A stretch of 64,000 nucleotides of DNA from Leptolyngbyaceae cyanobacterium (GCA_965263355.1 CBDHHL010000032.1:1216001-1280000), one strand, 5' to 3'. Shown: positions 18,750 to 29,682, counted from the stretch's first letter. A program made the numbers and translations. Notes: a model not told the origin generated them from the sequence alone.

Positions 18750-19919
18750 CTAAAATACGTCGGCTGGATCGGTGGTTTGAACTTTGCGGACCGCGATCGC
18801 ACCCGAAACTAAACACATGATGAACGTCGCCATAAGTAAATTCATAATGCGCTCTGGCGTCATTTGGAAAAATAGACCAGTCGCATTACCTGCCGCCTGA
18901 TAAAGTAACTGACTTACTAACACCCCTGGAATAAATCCCAGCACAGATAAAATCAGAGCTTCCTGGATAACCACCCCTAAAAGATAACCATTCCTATATC
19001 CCATAGCCTTAAGCGTGGCATATTCAGCCCAATGGTCAGCTACGTCGGTATAAAGAATTTGATATACCAAAATAATGCCGACAAAAAAGCCCATGCTGGT
19101 GAGCAATGAAAACACAAAACCAATATTAGTGTTCTCTTGCCAGTATTTGCGCTCGCGAATAACAAACCCGTTTTCCCCTTCTCGGGCGATCACCAGCACA
19201 TCGTTGGGCAGGTTATTTTGCAGAGTTTTAACGATGCGCTTTGTATTAGTGCCTGGTTCCAGTTTCACCACCCCAACATCAACAGTCGCAAAGCTACGCT
19301 TATCTTCCTCGGGACCCCGATCAGCAAAGTAGCGCAGAAAGTTTTGGTCGCTCATAAGTAGGTTGCCATTGCCTGAAGCAAAGTCAGTACCCATGGTAAA
19401 AGTCCCCACAAGGCGAATATGCCGATCCGCTAACTCACTGACCACGCCAGCTTCGATGGGACCTACCTCCGCTCGCGATTGGGTGTCCATAAGAGCCGTT
19501 TCTGGGAGCTTTAAGGCCTGGCGATGGGTTTCGATTTCAGGGATATTGAGTACCGGTTCATCCGGATTAATGGCAATCACCCTAACGCCACGAGATTTAC
19601 GATTTTCTGGATTTTTCCAGTTCACTTCACTGATATACATGGCATAGGCGTCCTGCACCCCGTCAAAGGCCCGAGCTTGATACAGCCGTCTGCGGGCAAA
19701 GGCACGGGGGACAAACATATTGGTCCGTAGGCGATTAATAATGATGACCTCACCGTTTAAGCGGTTTAATAGCTGCAGCTGACTGTCATATAGGGCATTC
19801 ATAAACCCGTTAAACATAAACATCAGCAGAACAGCAAACCCCACACCGGCCAAAGAGGTGGCAAAGCGGCGGCGGTCATGGGTGAGATTCAGCCAAGCGA
19901 GGGGGATTCGTTTAATCAT
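18750..19919 (-). CDS. DevC-family ABC exporter permease
   Basis: PLAWLNL, YQILYTDVADH, EYATLKAMGY and C-terminal DPADVF. Confidence 0.92.
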   Translation of the reverse strand: MIKRIPLAWLNLTHDRRRFATSLAGVGFAVLLMFMFNGFMNALYDSQLQLLNRLNGEVIIINRLRTNMFVPRAFARRRLYQARAFDGVQDAYAMYISEVNWKNPENRKSRGVRVIAINPDEPVLNIPEIETHRQALKLPETALMDTQSRAEVGPIEAGVVSELADRHIRLVGTFTMGTDFASGNGNLLMSDQNFLRYFADRGPEEDKRSFATVDVGVVKLEPGTNTKRIVKTLQNNLPNDVLVIAREGENGFVIRERKYWQENTNIGFVFSLLTSMGFFVGIILVYQILYTDVADHWAEYATLKAMGYRNGYLLGVVIQEALILSVLGFIPGVLVSQLLYQAAGNATGLFFQMTPERIMNLLMATFIMCLVSGAIAVRKVQTTDPADVF

Positions 19920-20050
19920 TCAGTCTGTTGCACACCCATTGACGAAATGCCCGTACGACAGATTGAGTCCAGCTAACATCTTCTAGCAGTAGCCTCTGGC
20001 CTGGAGGGACATGGAGTTGTCGGACCTGTAATAAAACCATGGAAATTTAC

Positions 20051-21196
20051 CTAGAAGATTTCAGCTGGGTCAGCCGTCACGGCTTTTCGCACAGAAATAA
20101 GGCCCGATAGGCTGCACATTAGTAATGTTAGGCATAAGACAAAGATGACACGACCGCCATTCATGGCCACAGGTAAGGTACCAGCGGTCGCCTTGGCAGT
20201 GAGGTGATACAGCCCAAGGGCAGCAGCAAGACCAGGAATATACCCGAGAACGGCTAGAAAAATAGCTTCTTGTAGCACAATCTTGAATAGGTACTGGGAG
20301 CGATACCCCATAGCCTTCATGGTGGCGTACTCGGGCAGGTGATCTCGAATATCAGTAAATAAAATCTGGTAGACGATAACAGCACCAACCACAAACGAAA
20401 CCGCTACACCCAAGCTAAAAATAAAACCAATGGAGGTAGATTCTAGCCAGTAGTCAGCGTCATGTTTGATCATGCCTGCTTTGGTGTAAACGTCCACATC
20501 GGCAGGTAGTAAGGCACGCATGGTTTCGGCCACTTTTTCCGGAGGTGTGCCAGTTTTGAGCTTCACCAGCCCCACATTGATCAAATTTAGGGGCCGAGGC
20601 TCTAAATATCGCACAAAATTTTGGTCGCTCATAATCAGGGTGCCGTCGGCGGCAAACCCACCCCCCAGAACATAGGTGCCGCCGATAGTGGCGCGGCGAC
20701 GGTCGGCCTCGGTCGTGATACCAATTTCTTGGGGACCAAATTCTGGTCGGGAAAATCGATCAAAGAATACTGTATTAGGCTGACTAAGGATTCGACGGGC
20801 TTGGGTTCCCTGGAGTTCGGGCATCAAAAATACGGGGTCATTGGGGTTAATGCCATAGGTGAAAATGGCACGGCTTACACCGGTTTCAGGATTTCGCCAC
20901 AGCAGGTATTCGCTGTATAGGGGCATGACCCGCTCCACACCTTCTACGCCAGCAACCTGATACAGTCGCTCCCGTGGGAAGGCTGTTGAGGAGCTGATTT
21001 CTAACGTCTCTGGCGAAATCAAAAAAAGTTCAGCATTAAACTGTTCATAAAAGTTGGTGGCAGTGGAAATCAGGGCACCCATAAAGCCCAGATTCATAAA
21101 TATCAGGATGACGGCAAAGGCAACACCTGCGATCGCAACCACTAATCGAGTGCGCTCATGCATCAAATTAGCCCAAGCTACCGAAACCCTTGCCAT
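20051..21196 (-). CDS. DevC-family ABC exporter permease (second paralogue)
   Basis: VAWANL, YQILFTDIRDHLPEYATMKAMGY and C-terminal DPAEIF. Confidence 0.92.
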   Translation of the reverse strand: MARVSVAWANLMHERTRLVVAIAGVAFAVILIFMNLGFMGALISTATNFYEQFNAELFLISPETLEISSSTAFPRERLYQVAGVEGVERVMPLYSEYLLWRNPETGVSRAIFTYGINPNDPVFLMPELQGTQARRILSQPNTVFFDRFSRPEFGPQEIGITTEADRRRATIGGTYVLGGGFAADGTLIMSDQNFVRYLEPRPLNLINVGLVKLKTGTPPEKVAETMRALLPADVDVYTKAGMIKHDADYWLESTSIGFIFSLGVAVSFVVGAVIVYQILFTDIRDHLPEYATMKAMGYRSQYLFKIVLQEAIFLAVLGYIPGLAAALGLYHLTAKATAGTLPVAMNGGRVIFVLCLTLLMCSLSGLISVRKAVTADPAEIF

Positions 21197-21198
21197 AG

Positions 21199-22389
21199 CT
21201 AGCTTTTTCCGGACGCAACATCGGTTTTGATGTCGATCAACACATCCACCTGGAGATTGGTCAGCATGGCGACCACTTCATCTTGATCCACGGCAATGCG
21301 GACTTCGACGATGCGGGCATCCGCATTAGCTGCTGGATCATCATCCAGTACATCGTTCTTAAAAATCTGCAGACCAATGGTTTCCACCTGACCACTAAGT
21401 TCTCCCTCAAAAGCCCCATTACGACTGGTGATGGTGGCTTTTTGCCCAGGTTTTACCAAACCCACATCGGTTTCATAGACTTCGGCTACGACGTACATTT
21501 CATCTGTGTTGCCCATGGACAATAGCCGATTATTAGCAATAGCTTCTCCTGGACGGATGTAAATGTCCAAAATTTGACCCGCTATCGGTGCTTGGATGAC
21601 CGTGCGATTAAGTCTGGCTTCTGCTAAAGCTAAATTTTGCTGAGCGGCTTCCACCCCAGTCTCTACGGAGGCTAGTTGCAAATTGGCCTCGGCCATAGAT
21701 ACTTGGGCCGCCGCATTATCTAACGCCGTATCCCGTGCCAGTTCTAGCTGAGTTTTTGTGGCTTGGGCGTTGGCAATATCACTGATAAGTTCCTCCACCT
21801 GGGTTTGTTGCTGGTCCAGATCCTGTCGGGTAATGGCACCTTGGCCAAACAAGTTCTGAAAACGAGCTAAATCAGTTTCTGCTAAAGCCAGACTGGCTTC
21901 TAAACTGCGAATTTTGGCAGCTTGAGCTTCAATGGCTTGAATTTGAGGTTGGTCAATTTGCCCCGCTTTTGTATTAGCTTCAGTGATACGAGCAGCACCT
22001 AACGTCTGCTCGGCTGCCAAGCTTTGCTGAGCTTCCGCGAGTTGACTAGCGGCGTAGTCACGTTCAGCCTTACGGATATCGTACATGTCTAGCTCAGCTA
22101 GGATCTGGCCAGACTCTACTTGAAATCCTTCCTCTACGAGTAATTTGGCTAACACACCGGTTTCTGCCGCAGCGACATCAATCACTTCGCTTTTCGGTTC
22201 AATCCGACCTAAGGCAGCTACGTCCACACGCTGCGGTGGTGGTTTTGCGGCCTCTTCAAGAGCGGCCTGACGTGATTGTTGCGCTGAGCGAAGTGCGACC
22301 AGAGCTGCACTGCCAACCACTAAAAACAGTACTATCCCAATCCAAAAACTGGTTTTTTTTAAGGGCTGTTGAGCAGACTGTGGAACCAT
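21199..22389 (-). CDS. DevB-family membrane fusion (periplasmic adaptor) protein
   Basis: VAALGRIEP, coiled-coil hairpin, VAEVYETD and DARIVEVRI. Confidence 0.92.
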   Translation of the reverse strand: MVPQSAQQPLKKTSFWIGIVLFLVVGSAALVALRSAQQSRQAALEEAAKPPPQRVDVAALGRIEPKSEVIDVAAAETGVLAKLLVEEGFQVESGQILAELDMYDIRKAERDYAASQLAEAQQSLAAEQTLGAARITEANTKAGQIDQPQIQAIEAQAAKIRSLEASLALAETDLARFQNLFGQGAITRQDLDQQQTQVEELISDIANAQATKTQLELARDTALDNAAAQVSMAEANLQLASVETGVEAAQQNLALAEARLNRTVIQAPIAGQILDIYIRPGEAIANNRLLSMGNTDEMYVVAEVYETDVGLVKPGQKATITSRNGAFEGELSGQVETIGLQIFKNDVLDDDPAANADARIVEVRIAVDQDEVVAMLTNLQVDVLIDIKTDVASGKS

Positions 22390-22552
22390 ACGGGCTTTTA
22401 GGGCTTCTTATACGGTGATGGATGCCAGAGAAAGTTAAGCAAATTTTACTGTCTAGTTTAATTCCTCTAGTGAGAATCATGTTGTTGTAGGTAATGCGCT
22501 TTGTTAGGCAATACATTTCTATGGACATTGCCTACTGCCCATAGCCCATAGC

Positions 22553-23533
22553 CTAAAGCAAATTCATCAACGTTACTTCCCAAACTAATCTGGGTTGTAC
22601 GTATCTCAGGAGTTGTTTGCGGGCGAGTTCTAGTTGCTCCATGCCTTGAGCATGGCCTTGTTGCCAGCGGATTTGTTGTAGATAGTCTAGAAGCCAGAGT
22701 TGTGATTCTGGTTCTAAGGTTTGGGCAATTTGGCGGGCGAGTCCTAGGGCCGTGGGAAGATCGGCCAGGGGCTGGCTGATTTGTTGGAGTAGTTCTGGAG
22801 CAATGGTTTGTAGCTGCTGCCAGCTCGCAATAGCACCCCCTGGACTGCCCTGGGCCAGGGCCAGCACTTCAGGGGAATTCAAAATTTCGTCATGGCCACC
22901 CTGGGTCAGCACCTGAGCCATATCGGCTGGGCTCAAGCGTCTAAATGGGATGGTCTGACAGCGTGAAATCAAGGTAGGCAGAAGTGTTTGCTGGTCAGGG
23001 GCAATTAATACTAAAGTGGCCTGTCCCGGTTCTTCTAGGGTTTTAAGCAAACCGTTGGCGGCAGCTTCCGCAATCAAGTCTGCTGATTCAATGACGACAA
23101 CGGCTCGGCTAGCTTCCAACGGCGGGCGACTCAAAAAGCGGGCAATGTCTCGAATTTGTTCTAAACGCACTTGAGGACGTCCACGGCGTTTGATACCAGT
23201 TGCCTGGGCTTCGGCTACGGTTAAGAGCTTATTCTGATGCAGGTAGGTGGGTTCAACCCAGAGTAAATCGGGATGATTTCGAAACTGAATTCGACGTTTG
23301 AGGTTATCGGTTGCTTCGTATGAATTATCCAGCAACATGGTTGCAAATGCTGTGGCCACCAGGCTACGACCAACTCCAGCCGGACCTACAAATAAATAAC
23401 CAGGGGCAACCCGTTCTCGTATGACCGCCTGTATAAGTAAATTGACAGCCTGGGGCTGTCCAATAATATGGGCAAAATGCTGAATTAGTTGCTGTTTTTG
23501 CTCTGTGGAGGCTGAGGGCAACTCAAAGGGCAT
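22553..23533 (-). CDS. holB: DNA polymerase III subunit delta'
   Basis: YLFVGPAGVGR, HPDLLWVEP, AANGLLKTLEEP and TLISRC; follows tmk. Start placed at MPFELP. Confidence 0.92.
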   Translation of the reverse strand: MPFELPSASTEQKQQLIQHFAHIIGQPQAVNLLIQAVIRERVAPGYLFVGPAGVGRSLVATAFATMLLDNSYEATDNLKRRIQFRNHPDLLWVEPTYLHQNKLLTVAEAQATGIKRRGRPQVRLEQIRDIARFLSRPPLEASRAVVVIESADLIAEAAANGLLKTLEEPGQATLVLIAPDQQTLLPTLISRCQTIPFRRLSPADMAQVLTQGGHDEILNSPEVLALAQGSPGGAIASWQQLQTIAPELLQQISQPLADLPTALGLARQIAQTLEPESQLWLLDYLQQIRWQQGHAQGMEQLELARKQLLRYVQPRLVWEVTLMNLL

Positions 23534-24194
23534 ACCATTGTTGTAAGTAAGTTGAGACGATGGTTTGAATGTTTTCAGCGACAACTTCCTGACTAAGGCT
23601 GCCATCCACCGTAATGAATTTATCGTTTTGGGTTTTGGCCTGGGCAGCAAAGCCCTGATGAACTCGACGGTGAAATTCAATCCCGGCCTGCTCAATCCGG
23701 TCGGTTGTGCCTCGGGTGTTGATCCGTTTTAGTCCTTTGGCAACATCTAACTTGAGCCAGAGGGTCAGATCACTGCTTAAACCGCCAGTGGCAATAGTAT
23801 TTAGGGTATTGATTAAGTTTAAGTCAAGTTGTCGACCATAGCCTTGGTAGGCTATGGTTGAAGCAGTGTAGCGATCGCAAAGGATCAAATGACCTGTTTC
23901 AAGAGCGGGCATCAAAATTCGCTCCACATGTTGGGCACGGTCAGCTGCATAGAGTAATAGTTCTGATGTGCTAGTTAAACTTTCTGTCCCCGTTGATGGT
24001 TGTAATAAGACCTGTCTGATTTTCTGGCCCATGCTTGTTCCACCCGGTTGCCGAGTAATGAGGATTCCGGCTAGATGGTTAGACAGCTTACCCTTCATAC
24101 ATTTGCTTTCTAACCACTGGTGAAGATGGCGAATCTGTGTGGTTTTACCACTTCCTTCAATTCCTTCAAAGACGATGAGTTTACCGCGCATCAT
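23523..24194 (-). CDS. tmk: Thymidylate kinase
   Basis: FEGIEGSGKTT, LLYAADRAQH and CDRYTASTIAYQG. Confidence 0.95.
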   Translation of the reverse strand: MMRGKLIVFEGIEGSGKTTQIRHLHQWLESKCMKGKLSNHLAGILITRQPGGTSMGQKIRQVLLQPSTGTESLTSTSELLLYAADRAQHVERILMPALETGHLILCDRYTASTIAYQGYGRQLDLNLINTLNTIATGGLSSDLTLWLKLDVAKGLKRINTRGTTDRIEQAGIEFHRRVHQGFAAQAKTQNDKFITVDGSLSQEVVAENIQTIVSTYLQQWYAL

Positions 24195-24442
24195 TTCCTC
24201 AGTAGCAAAGTACAGTTACACTAATTCAAGAGGAGTGGTTCAATAACTTAATCTATATTTATCCTGAAAAGCTTACTGTTCTCTAGAAGGGTAAACGTAA
24301 ATGCAGATTTATACCTAGATATGGTGAGATAGTATATCCAGGTAATAAATTGCAAGATTATGACTCATTGTTTAGTCTAATGCTGCCCTTTCTCCTTCGA
24401 CACTTTAGGTTCTGAAACTGTGCAGTAGCTCCAGAATTTTCT

Positions 24443-24778
24443 ATGGCTCGGTATACCAATCTTTTCGTAAGCGTTCTTCCTGCTAATAACTTGCGTGAGT
24501 CATTACCAGGTGTTCTCCAGTCATGTGGTCTCCATTTGGTGTATCAGGATGGGGATTACATGATGGCAAAGGAGCGCCCTGGTATGGTTGCTTTTAGCCA
24601 GTTAGCTACGGTTGAGGTTTTGATCGGAGCTGCTGACGATACCGAATTTTTGTCCCAAGATACGGCCTCTACTGTTAATTTGGTAGTTAAGAATGAGGAG
24701 CTGCCGCTGAAGGCTAATAATCATTGCCACAAGGTTTTCATGCAAGTTAACCAGGCAATTGAGAGCAAGGCTAGCTGA
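24443..24778 (+). CDS. Hypothetical protein (cyanobacterial-type)
   Basis: Clean ORF, MARYT...KNEELPL..NNHC; no function recognised. Confidence 0.7.
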   Translation: MARYTNLFVSVLPANNLRESLPGVLQSCGLHLVYQDGDYMMAKERPGMVAFSQLATVEVLIGAADDTEFLSQDTASTVNLVVKNEELPLKANNHCHKVFMQVNQAIESKAS

Positions 24779-24866
24779 CCTATGCTATAGGCTTTATTGA
24801 GCACTGATTGCAGCCTACCGGATAAAGGTATGAATGTAAGTTAGTCGCCCAATTTTGTTAAAGCTA

Positions 24867-25292
24867 CTAATTGTCTTCATCTTCGTCGATCATATTTGGA
24901 CTAATTAATGTGATGTCAAACTCGTCAGGAGGAACGGTTGACGTGGTATCCCGTTTCAACTGATAGTAAATTGCTCGTGCCTGCGGGCCGAAAACAATTT
25001 CATCTTCATTTTTTAGATCGTGGGCCTGTAATTTACGACCATTGATCAACATACCGTTTGCGCTGGGTTTGCCCTTAAGGTTGCCATCTACAATCCGATA
25101 GTAATAGCTTTCATCGTCCCTAGGGAGCTGCACTAGCGTGGCATGGTGTCTAGAAACAAACTGTGAAGCTAAGCGAATGTCACATTTCGCATCGCGACCA
25201 ACGGAATAGACAGAGCTATCTAGGACAATTTCCCGTCGGCCTTGACTATCCTCGACGATAAGAATACTGCTGAGATGAGAACCTGAAGCCAT
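24867..25292 (-). CDS. FHA domain protein
   Basis: VGRD, VSRHHA and SANG phosphothreonine-binding motifs. Confidence 0.9.
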   Translation of the reverse strand: MASGSHLSSILIVEDSQGRREIVLDSSVYSVGRDAKCDIRLASQFVSRHHATLVQLPRDDESYYYRIVDGNLKGKPSANGMLINGRKLQAHDLKNEDEIVFGPQARAIYYQLKRDTTSTVPPDEFDITLISPNMIDEDEDN

Positions 25293-25660
25293 GCTAACTG
25301 TGAAATGATAAATCCTAAAAAAATCAGGCTGTCAATTACTTAAACCATGTCCAAGTTAAAACCTGGAATTTCTTCTACGGCAAAACTATAATTCTGGACG
25401 TGGACAAAGCTATTTACTATCAATATTCTGTGAGTATTTAGAACCTTCAGGATTTTCCCTTGCTCTTCAGCGTTATGCAATGGGAATACCATACCCCTTA
25501 TATATGCTTTTCGAATTTTTCATAGAGAATTAGGTTATCCAAATAAGCATATGTAGCTGCTAAATCAATCTCAACTAAGACATAGCAGACAATATAGCAT
25601 TCCCTACCAAATACTGGAATACGACAGCTATTATCTTGCAATAATTAATCACTATCCTGA

Positions 25661-25694
25661 AAAAATATTTCTAACTAAAAAATATTTCTAACTA
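25661..25694. repeat. 17-bp tandem duplication (AAAAATATTTCTAACTA x2)
   Basis: Directly visible, next to the prk terminator. Confidence 0.75.
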
Positions 25695-25730
25695 AAAAAT
25701 GCCATTTTGCTACAACGGCAAAATGGCATT
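25694..25730 (-). terminator. Intrinsic terminator of prk
   Basis: Stem AATGCCATTTTGC/GCAAAATGGCATT followed by a T-run on the minus strand. Confidence 0.75.
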
Positions 25731-25765
25731 GAACTGAGATGATTCCTGGTGGTCAATTACCAGGA

Positions 25766-26776
25766 CTAGGCCAAAACAGCTTTACCAGCGCCAGCCAAAG
25801 AATCAGTCAAACGCTCGTAGGTAGATCGCATCTTTAACCCTACAAGGATCTGGAACAAACCTGTACCATTGTTGGAACCTGGGTATTCCCGGTGCTTTAG
25901 CAATAGTTCAGTCATTTCACCATATCTGCGGGTAGAGATGTTGCTGAGATGCTCTTCAACATAAATTAGCTCTTCTAGCTTTTCGAACTGGCCATCAATT
26001 TCCAGAACGGATACTTCGTTACCCATATAGGTATCAGGCCCGTAAGCCATACGGATACCTGGATAGGAGCAAGTTAGCTTACGGCCACAGGGTACCCAAT
26101 CAATAGTGGACCCTTCATCGAACAGGTAGGCAGGCTGAAGACCTTCCACACCTTCCTTTTGAATCATCTGTACCCGCAAGATCTTGCGGTCTTTGTCGTC
26201 TTTAATCAGATTAGTTGGTAGAACCTGCAAAACGACATCAGCATACTGCTTCTGAACATCAATGTAGGCTTCAAAGTCAGGTTTACGGGCTTGAATAGAT
26301 GCCAAAACATCCTCATAGGTATGGCCCCGCTCTGCCATATCACGCTGAATTTTCCAAGCAATCTTGACTTCATCACTGATGTCAAGATAAACACTGAAAT
26401 CAAGCAGATCGCGTACTCGCTCATCGTAGAGAGGATGAAGTCCCTCAATGACGACAACATGGTTGGGGTCGATGCGCTCAGGCGGATCGATCATGCCAGT
26501 TTCGTGATTATAAATTGGCTTATCGATTGGACTTCCTGACTTAAGAGCTTTGATTTGCTCATACATCAGATCGAAATTATTTGCCTTAGGATTGAGGGCC
26601 GTCACCCCAGCTTCTTTGCGTTGCTTACGATCTAGACTGTGATAGTCATCCAGACAGATGACAGTCATAAACTCTTCGCCGAAAAGATCGCTGAGGCGCT
26701 TCAAAAACGTAGATTTTCCACATCCTGAATCACCGGCAACACCAATTAGAACCACGCGGTCGGGCTGACTGGTCAT
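25766..26776 (-). CDS. prk: Phosphoribulokinase
   Basis: AGDSGCGKST, ICLDDYH, KIQRDMAERGH and PCGRKLTCS. Confidence 0.97.
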   Translation of the reverse strand: MTSQPDRVVLIGVAGDSGCGKSTFLKRLSDLFGEEFMTVICLDDYHSLDRKQRKEAGVTALNPKANNFDLMYEQIKALKSGSPIDKPIYNHETGMIDPPERIDPNHVVVIEGLHPLYDERVRDLLDFSVYLDISDEVKIAWKIQRDMAERGHTYEDVLASIQARKPDFEAYIDVQKQYADVVLQVLPTNLIKDDKDRKILRVQMIQKEGVEGLQPAYLFDEGSTIDWVPCGRKLTCSYPGIRMAYGPDTYMGNEVSVLEIDGQFEKLEELIYVEEHLSNISTRRYGEMTELLLKHREYPGSNNGTGLFQILVGLKMRSTYERLTDSLAGAGKAVLA

Positions 26777-27103
26777 GGAATCCTCTTAATGAAAACAGTT
26801 AACAAATTTATGCGAAACCAATCAACGAGTCTATGAACCGTGACTCAGTTGGGTATCAGCAGTGGGTTTTGAACGTTGCAAAAGTTAAAATTTATCCTAT
26901 CAGAATCTGTAGCCTTTTGAAAGACTGGTTGACGGCTCTCATTTGTGAATGGTCAGAGTAGGCATATCTAAAGTATAGAGGTGTGTTCATTAACAATACT
27001 TGATAGCCTGGTAAAGCCTGAGGCAGACAAAATTGTGTGTGAATTTATGGCTTTTAACGTGAGTCAGTCCGCTAACCTCGTATTAATATTTTTTTGATCA
27101 ACC

Positions 27104-27688
27104 ATGGCCGTTTCTAAAGCAACTGTTTCTTCTGATGGAACTGAGAAGGATACTTTTCTGCATCGCGAAATTTTAGGGGCTCGCCGCTGGAGTAACTATT
27201 GGTGGGCTACTGTAACAACGATTGGCGGAACCGGTTTTTTATTAGCTGGTTTCTCTAGTTATACGGGGTTTAATCTGCTACCGTTTGCAGATCCTACCCA
27301 GCTAATCTTTATTCCTCAGGGGATTGTGATGTGTTTTTATGGCACAGTGGCCCTACTGCTATCCCTCTATCTCTGGTTGATTTGTGCTTGGAATGTGGGT
27401 GGGGGATTCAATCGTTTTGATAAAGCTGTCCAGGAGGTTCAGATCTTTCGATGGGGATTTCCTGGGAAGAATCGTGAAATTGACTTCAAGTATCCTTTGG
27501 CGTCGGTTACAGCGATACGTGTTGATATCCGAGAAGGCTTGAATCCTAAACGAGTGCTCTACCTTAAGGTCAAGGGTAAAGGTGATATTCCCCTGACTCG
27601 GGTAGGCCAACCAATGTCACTGGCAGCTGTGGAAAATCAAGGAGCTGAACTGGCTCGATTTCTGCAGGTTCCCCTAGAAGGGTTGTAG
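27104..27688 (+). CDS. ycf4: Photosystem I assembly protein Ycf4
   Basis: GARRWSNYWWA, FIPQGIVMCFYG, FRWGFPGKNR and IPLTRVG. Confidence 0.96.
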   Translation: MAVSKATVSSDGTEKDTFLHREILGARRWSNYWWATVTTIGGTGFLLAGFSSYTGFNLLPFADPTQLIFIPQGIVMCFYGTVALLLSLYLWLICAWNVGGGFNRFDKAVQEVQIFRWGFPGKNREIDFKYPLASVTAIRVDIREGLNPKRVLYLKVKGKGDIPLTRVGQPMSLAAVENQGAELARFLQVPLEGL

Positions 27689-27781
27689 TGATTAGTGCAG
27701 ATTCAGTATGGGCTATCCCTATTGAAAAGCAAGGTTCCCTGTGACAAGATATGTTGCCTTTAGTCAACGAAGGAATTAATC

Positions 27782-28534
27782 ATGGTTTTCGGTTTCCGGA
27801 TGAAATGGGCCATCGGTTTAGTCGTGGCCTTGTTTATGGTGAGCTGTACAGCCGGGGCTACTGATTCGTCGTCGGAGTCGCCGGCTACACCGGTAGCACC
27901 TGCTGAATCCACGGAGTTAACGCTAACGTCTGTACCCACAGGGTTAGCCCAGCTGAATGGGACTGCGACGGTTGAGTTGGTGGTCAATGGAGAGCGAATT
28001 TTAGTTGAAGTTGATGGAACTCAAGCGCCGATTACGGCGGGTAATTTTGTTGATCTAGTGGCGAGGGGTGTCTACGACGGCACTGTATTTCACCGGGTTG
28101 TGCGGGATCCTCAACCGTTTGTAGTTCAGGGGGGAGACCCGCAGAGTAAAGATCCGTCTGTACCCGTGCAGCGATTGGGGACTGGCGGGTTTGTAGACCC
28201 GGATACTGGGGAAAAACGTGTTATTCCTTTGGAAATTACTCCTGAGGGGGCCGATCAGCCGATTTATAGTCAAACTTTGGCAACCGCAGTTGGGACAGCT
28301 AAACCTGTTCTAAAGCATACGCATGGAGCAGTGGCTATGGCCCGTTCGCAGTTTCCTGATTCGGCCTCGTCGCAGTTTTATTTCGCCCTGGCAGATTTAC
28401 CCTTTTTAGATGGTAGCTATGCTGTGTTTGGCTATGTGACTGAGGGGTTGGATGTGGTGGATGCAGTTCAGCAAGGGGATGTGCTTGAATCTGCCACGGT
28501 GATTGAGGGCATGGACAATCTGGTAACTGAATAG
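27782..28534 (+). CDS. Cyclophilin-type peptidyl-prolyl isomerase (probable lipoprotein)
   Basis: APITAGNF, FHRVV, QGGDP, AMARS and SSQFY; signal peptide ending in VSC. Confidence 0.92.
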   Translation: MVFGFRMKWAIGLVVALFMVSCTAGATDSSSESPATPVAPAESTELTLTSVPTGLAQLNGTATVELVVNGERILVEVDGTQAPITAGNFVDLVARGVYDGTVFHRVVRDPQPFVVQGGDPQSKDPSVPVQRLGTGGFVDPDTGEKRVIPLEITPEGADQPIYSQTLATAVGTAKPVLKHTHGAVAMARSQFPDSASSQFYFALADLPFLDGSYAVFGYVTEGLDVVDAVQQGDVLESATVIEGMDNLVTE

Positions 28535-28563
28535 TTTTTGGGCAGGGGCTGTAAGTTTACTGA

Positions 28564-29682
28564 ATGGTTGATGTCGATATTACCGGCATTGGTTTGTGGA
28601 CGGCTTTGGGGCCAACAGCTTGGGTAACTTGGATCAGTCTACTATCGGGTAAAAGTGCAATCTCACTCCGTCAACCCTTTCATTCCTTGCCTGTTATGCC
28701 TATGGCTATGGCTGGTAAGCTGCCTGTAGATCCCGAAGATATAGTCCTTGCAGTTATTAAAGCTGCCATGGCTGATGCCGGACTCGTGACACCTCAGCCG
28801 GATTGTGGCGTGGTGGTGGGCTCTAGCCGCAGTTATTTAAATCGTTGGGAAGCGATGGCACGGGGGGAGTTAACTCTGGCTGATTGGCTGCCTGCGTTAC
28901 CCTGTGGGTTATCGAGTCGGGTTGCCCAAATGCTTGCCAGTCAGGGGCCTGCACTTGCCCCGATGGCGGCTTGTGCTACGGGGCTTTGGGCCTTGTTTCA
29001 AGGCTATATGCTGCTCCAGGCAAGCCAGTGCCAGCGGGTGATTGTGGCGGCAGTGGATGCACCCATTACCCCCTTAACTCTAACGGGCTTTCGACGGATG
29101 AAAGCGATGGCCTTAGAGGGCTGCTATCCGTTTGATCTAGATCGCGATGGATTAGTCCTTGGGGAAGGAGCAGCGGCTGTAATTTTAGAGACTAGGGAAA
29201 CAACCCGGCGCAAATTTTCCTATGGTCAAATTCTAGGATTTGGCCTCAGTAATGATGCGTATCACATTAGTTCCTCCCAGCAGAGTGGCACCCTGGCTGT
29301 AGCGCGACAATGCTTGCAACGTAGTGGTTTACACCCAGCAGACATTGACTATATCCATACCCATGGTACGGGCACTCGACTCAATGATGCTAATGAGGCT
29401 TATATGATTCAGCAGCTCTTTCCTGACGCTGCTGTCAGTTCAACTAAGGGTGCCACGGGCCATACTCTAGGCGCGGCAGGCTTAATTGGTATGGTGTTTA
29501 GCCTGCTTAGTCTCAAGCATCAGTGTTTACCTCCTTGTGTCGGTCTCAAGCGGCCTGAGTTTGAGCTTGATTTTGTACTGCCTGGCTCTCCCCGATATGG
29601 CCCTTTGAACTATGGGCTATGCAGCAGTTTTGGGTTTGGTGGGCAAAATGCCATTGTTGCGATCGCCCAATCGCGGACTTGA
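28564..29682 (+). CDS. Beta-ketoacyl-ACP synthase (FabF-like paralogue)
   Basis: Catalytic Cys-His-His: AACATG, HGTGT and GHTLG; SFGFGGQN. Confidence 0.88.
   Translation: MVDVDITGIGLWTALGPTAWVTWISLLSGKSAISLRQPFHSLPVMPMAMAGKLPVDPEDIVLAVIKAAMADAGLVTPQPDCGVVVGSSRSYLNRWEAMARGELTLADWLPALPCGLSSRVAQMLASQGPALAPMAACATGLWALFQGYMLLQASQCQRVIVAAVDAPITPLTLTGFRRMKAMALEGCYPFDLDRDGLVLGEGAAAVILETRETTRRKFSYGQILGFGLSNDAYHISSSQQSGTLAVARQCLQRSGLHPADIDYIHTHGTGTRLNDANEAYMIQQLFPDAAVSSTKGATGHTLGAAGLIGMVFSLLSLKHQCLPPCVGLKRPEFELDFVLPGSPRYGPLNYGLCSSFGFGGQNAIVAIAQSRT

Noticed and set aside
23534..23695. 54-aa N-terminal extension of holB in the ORF track
   Set aside because: Lies entirely within tmk; the ATG at 23533 gives a normal-length protein with a short overlap.
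25766..27688. prk divergent from ycf4 as a functional link
   Set aside because: Both are core genes and cyanobacterial gene order is fluid; no shared regulatory motif could be supported.
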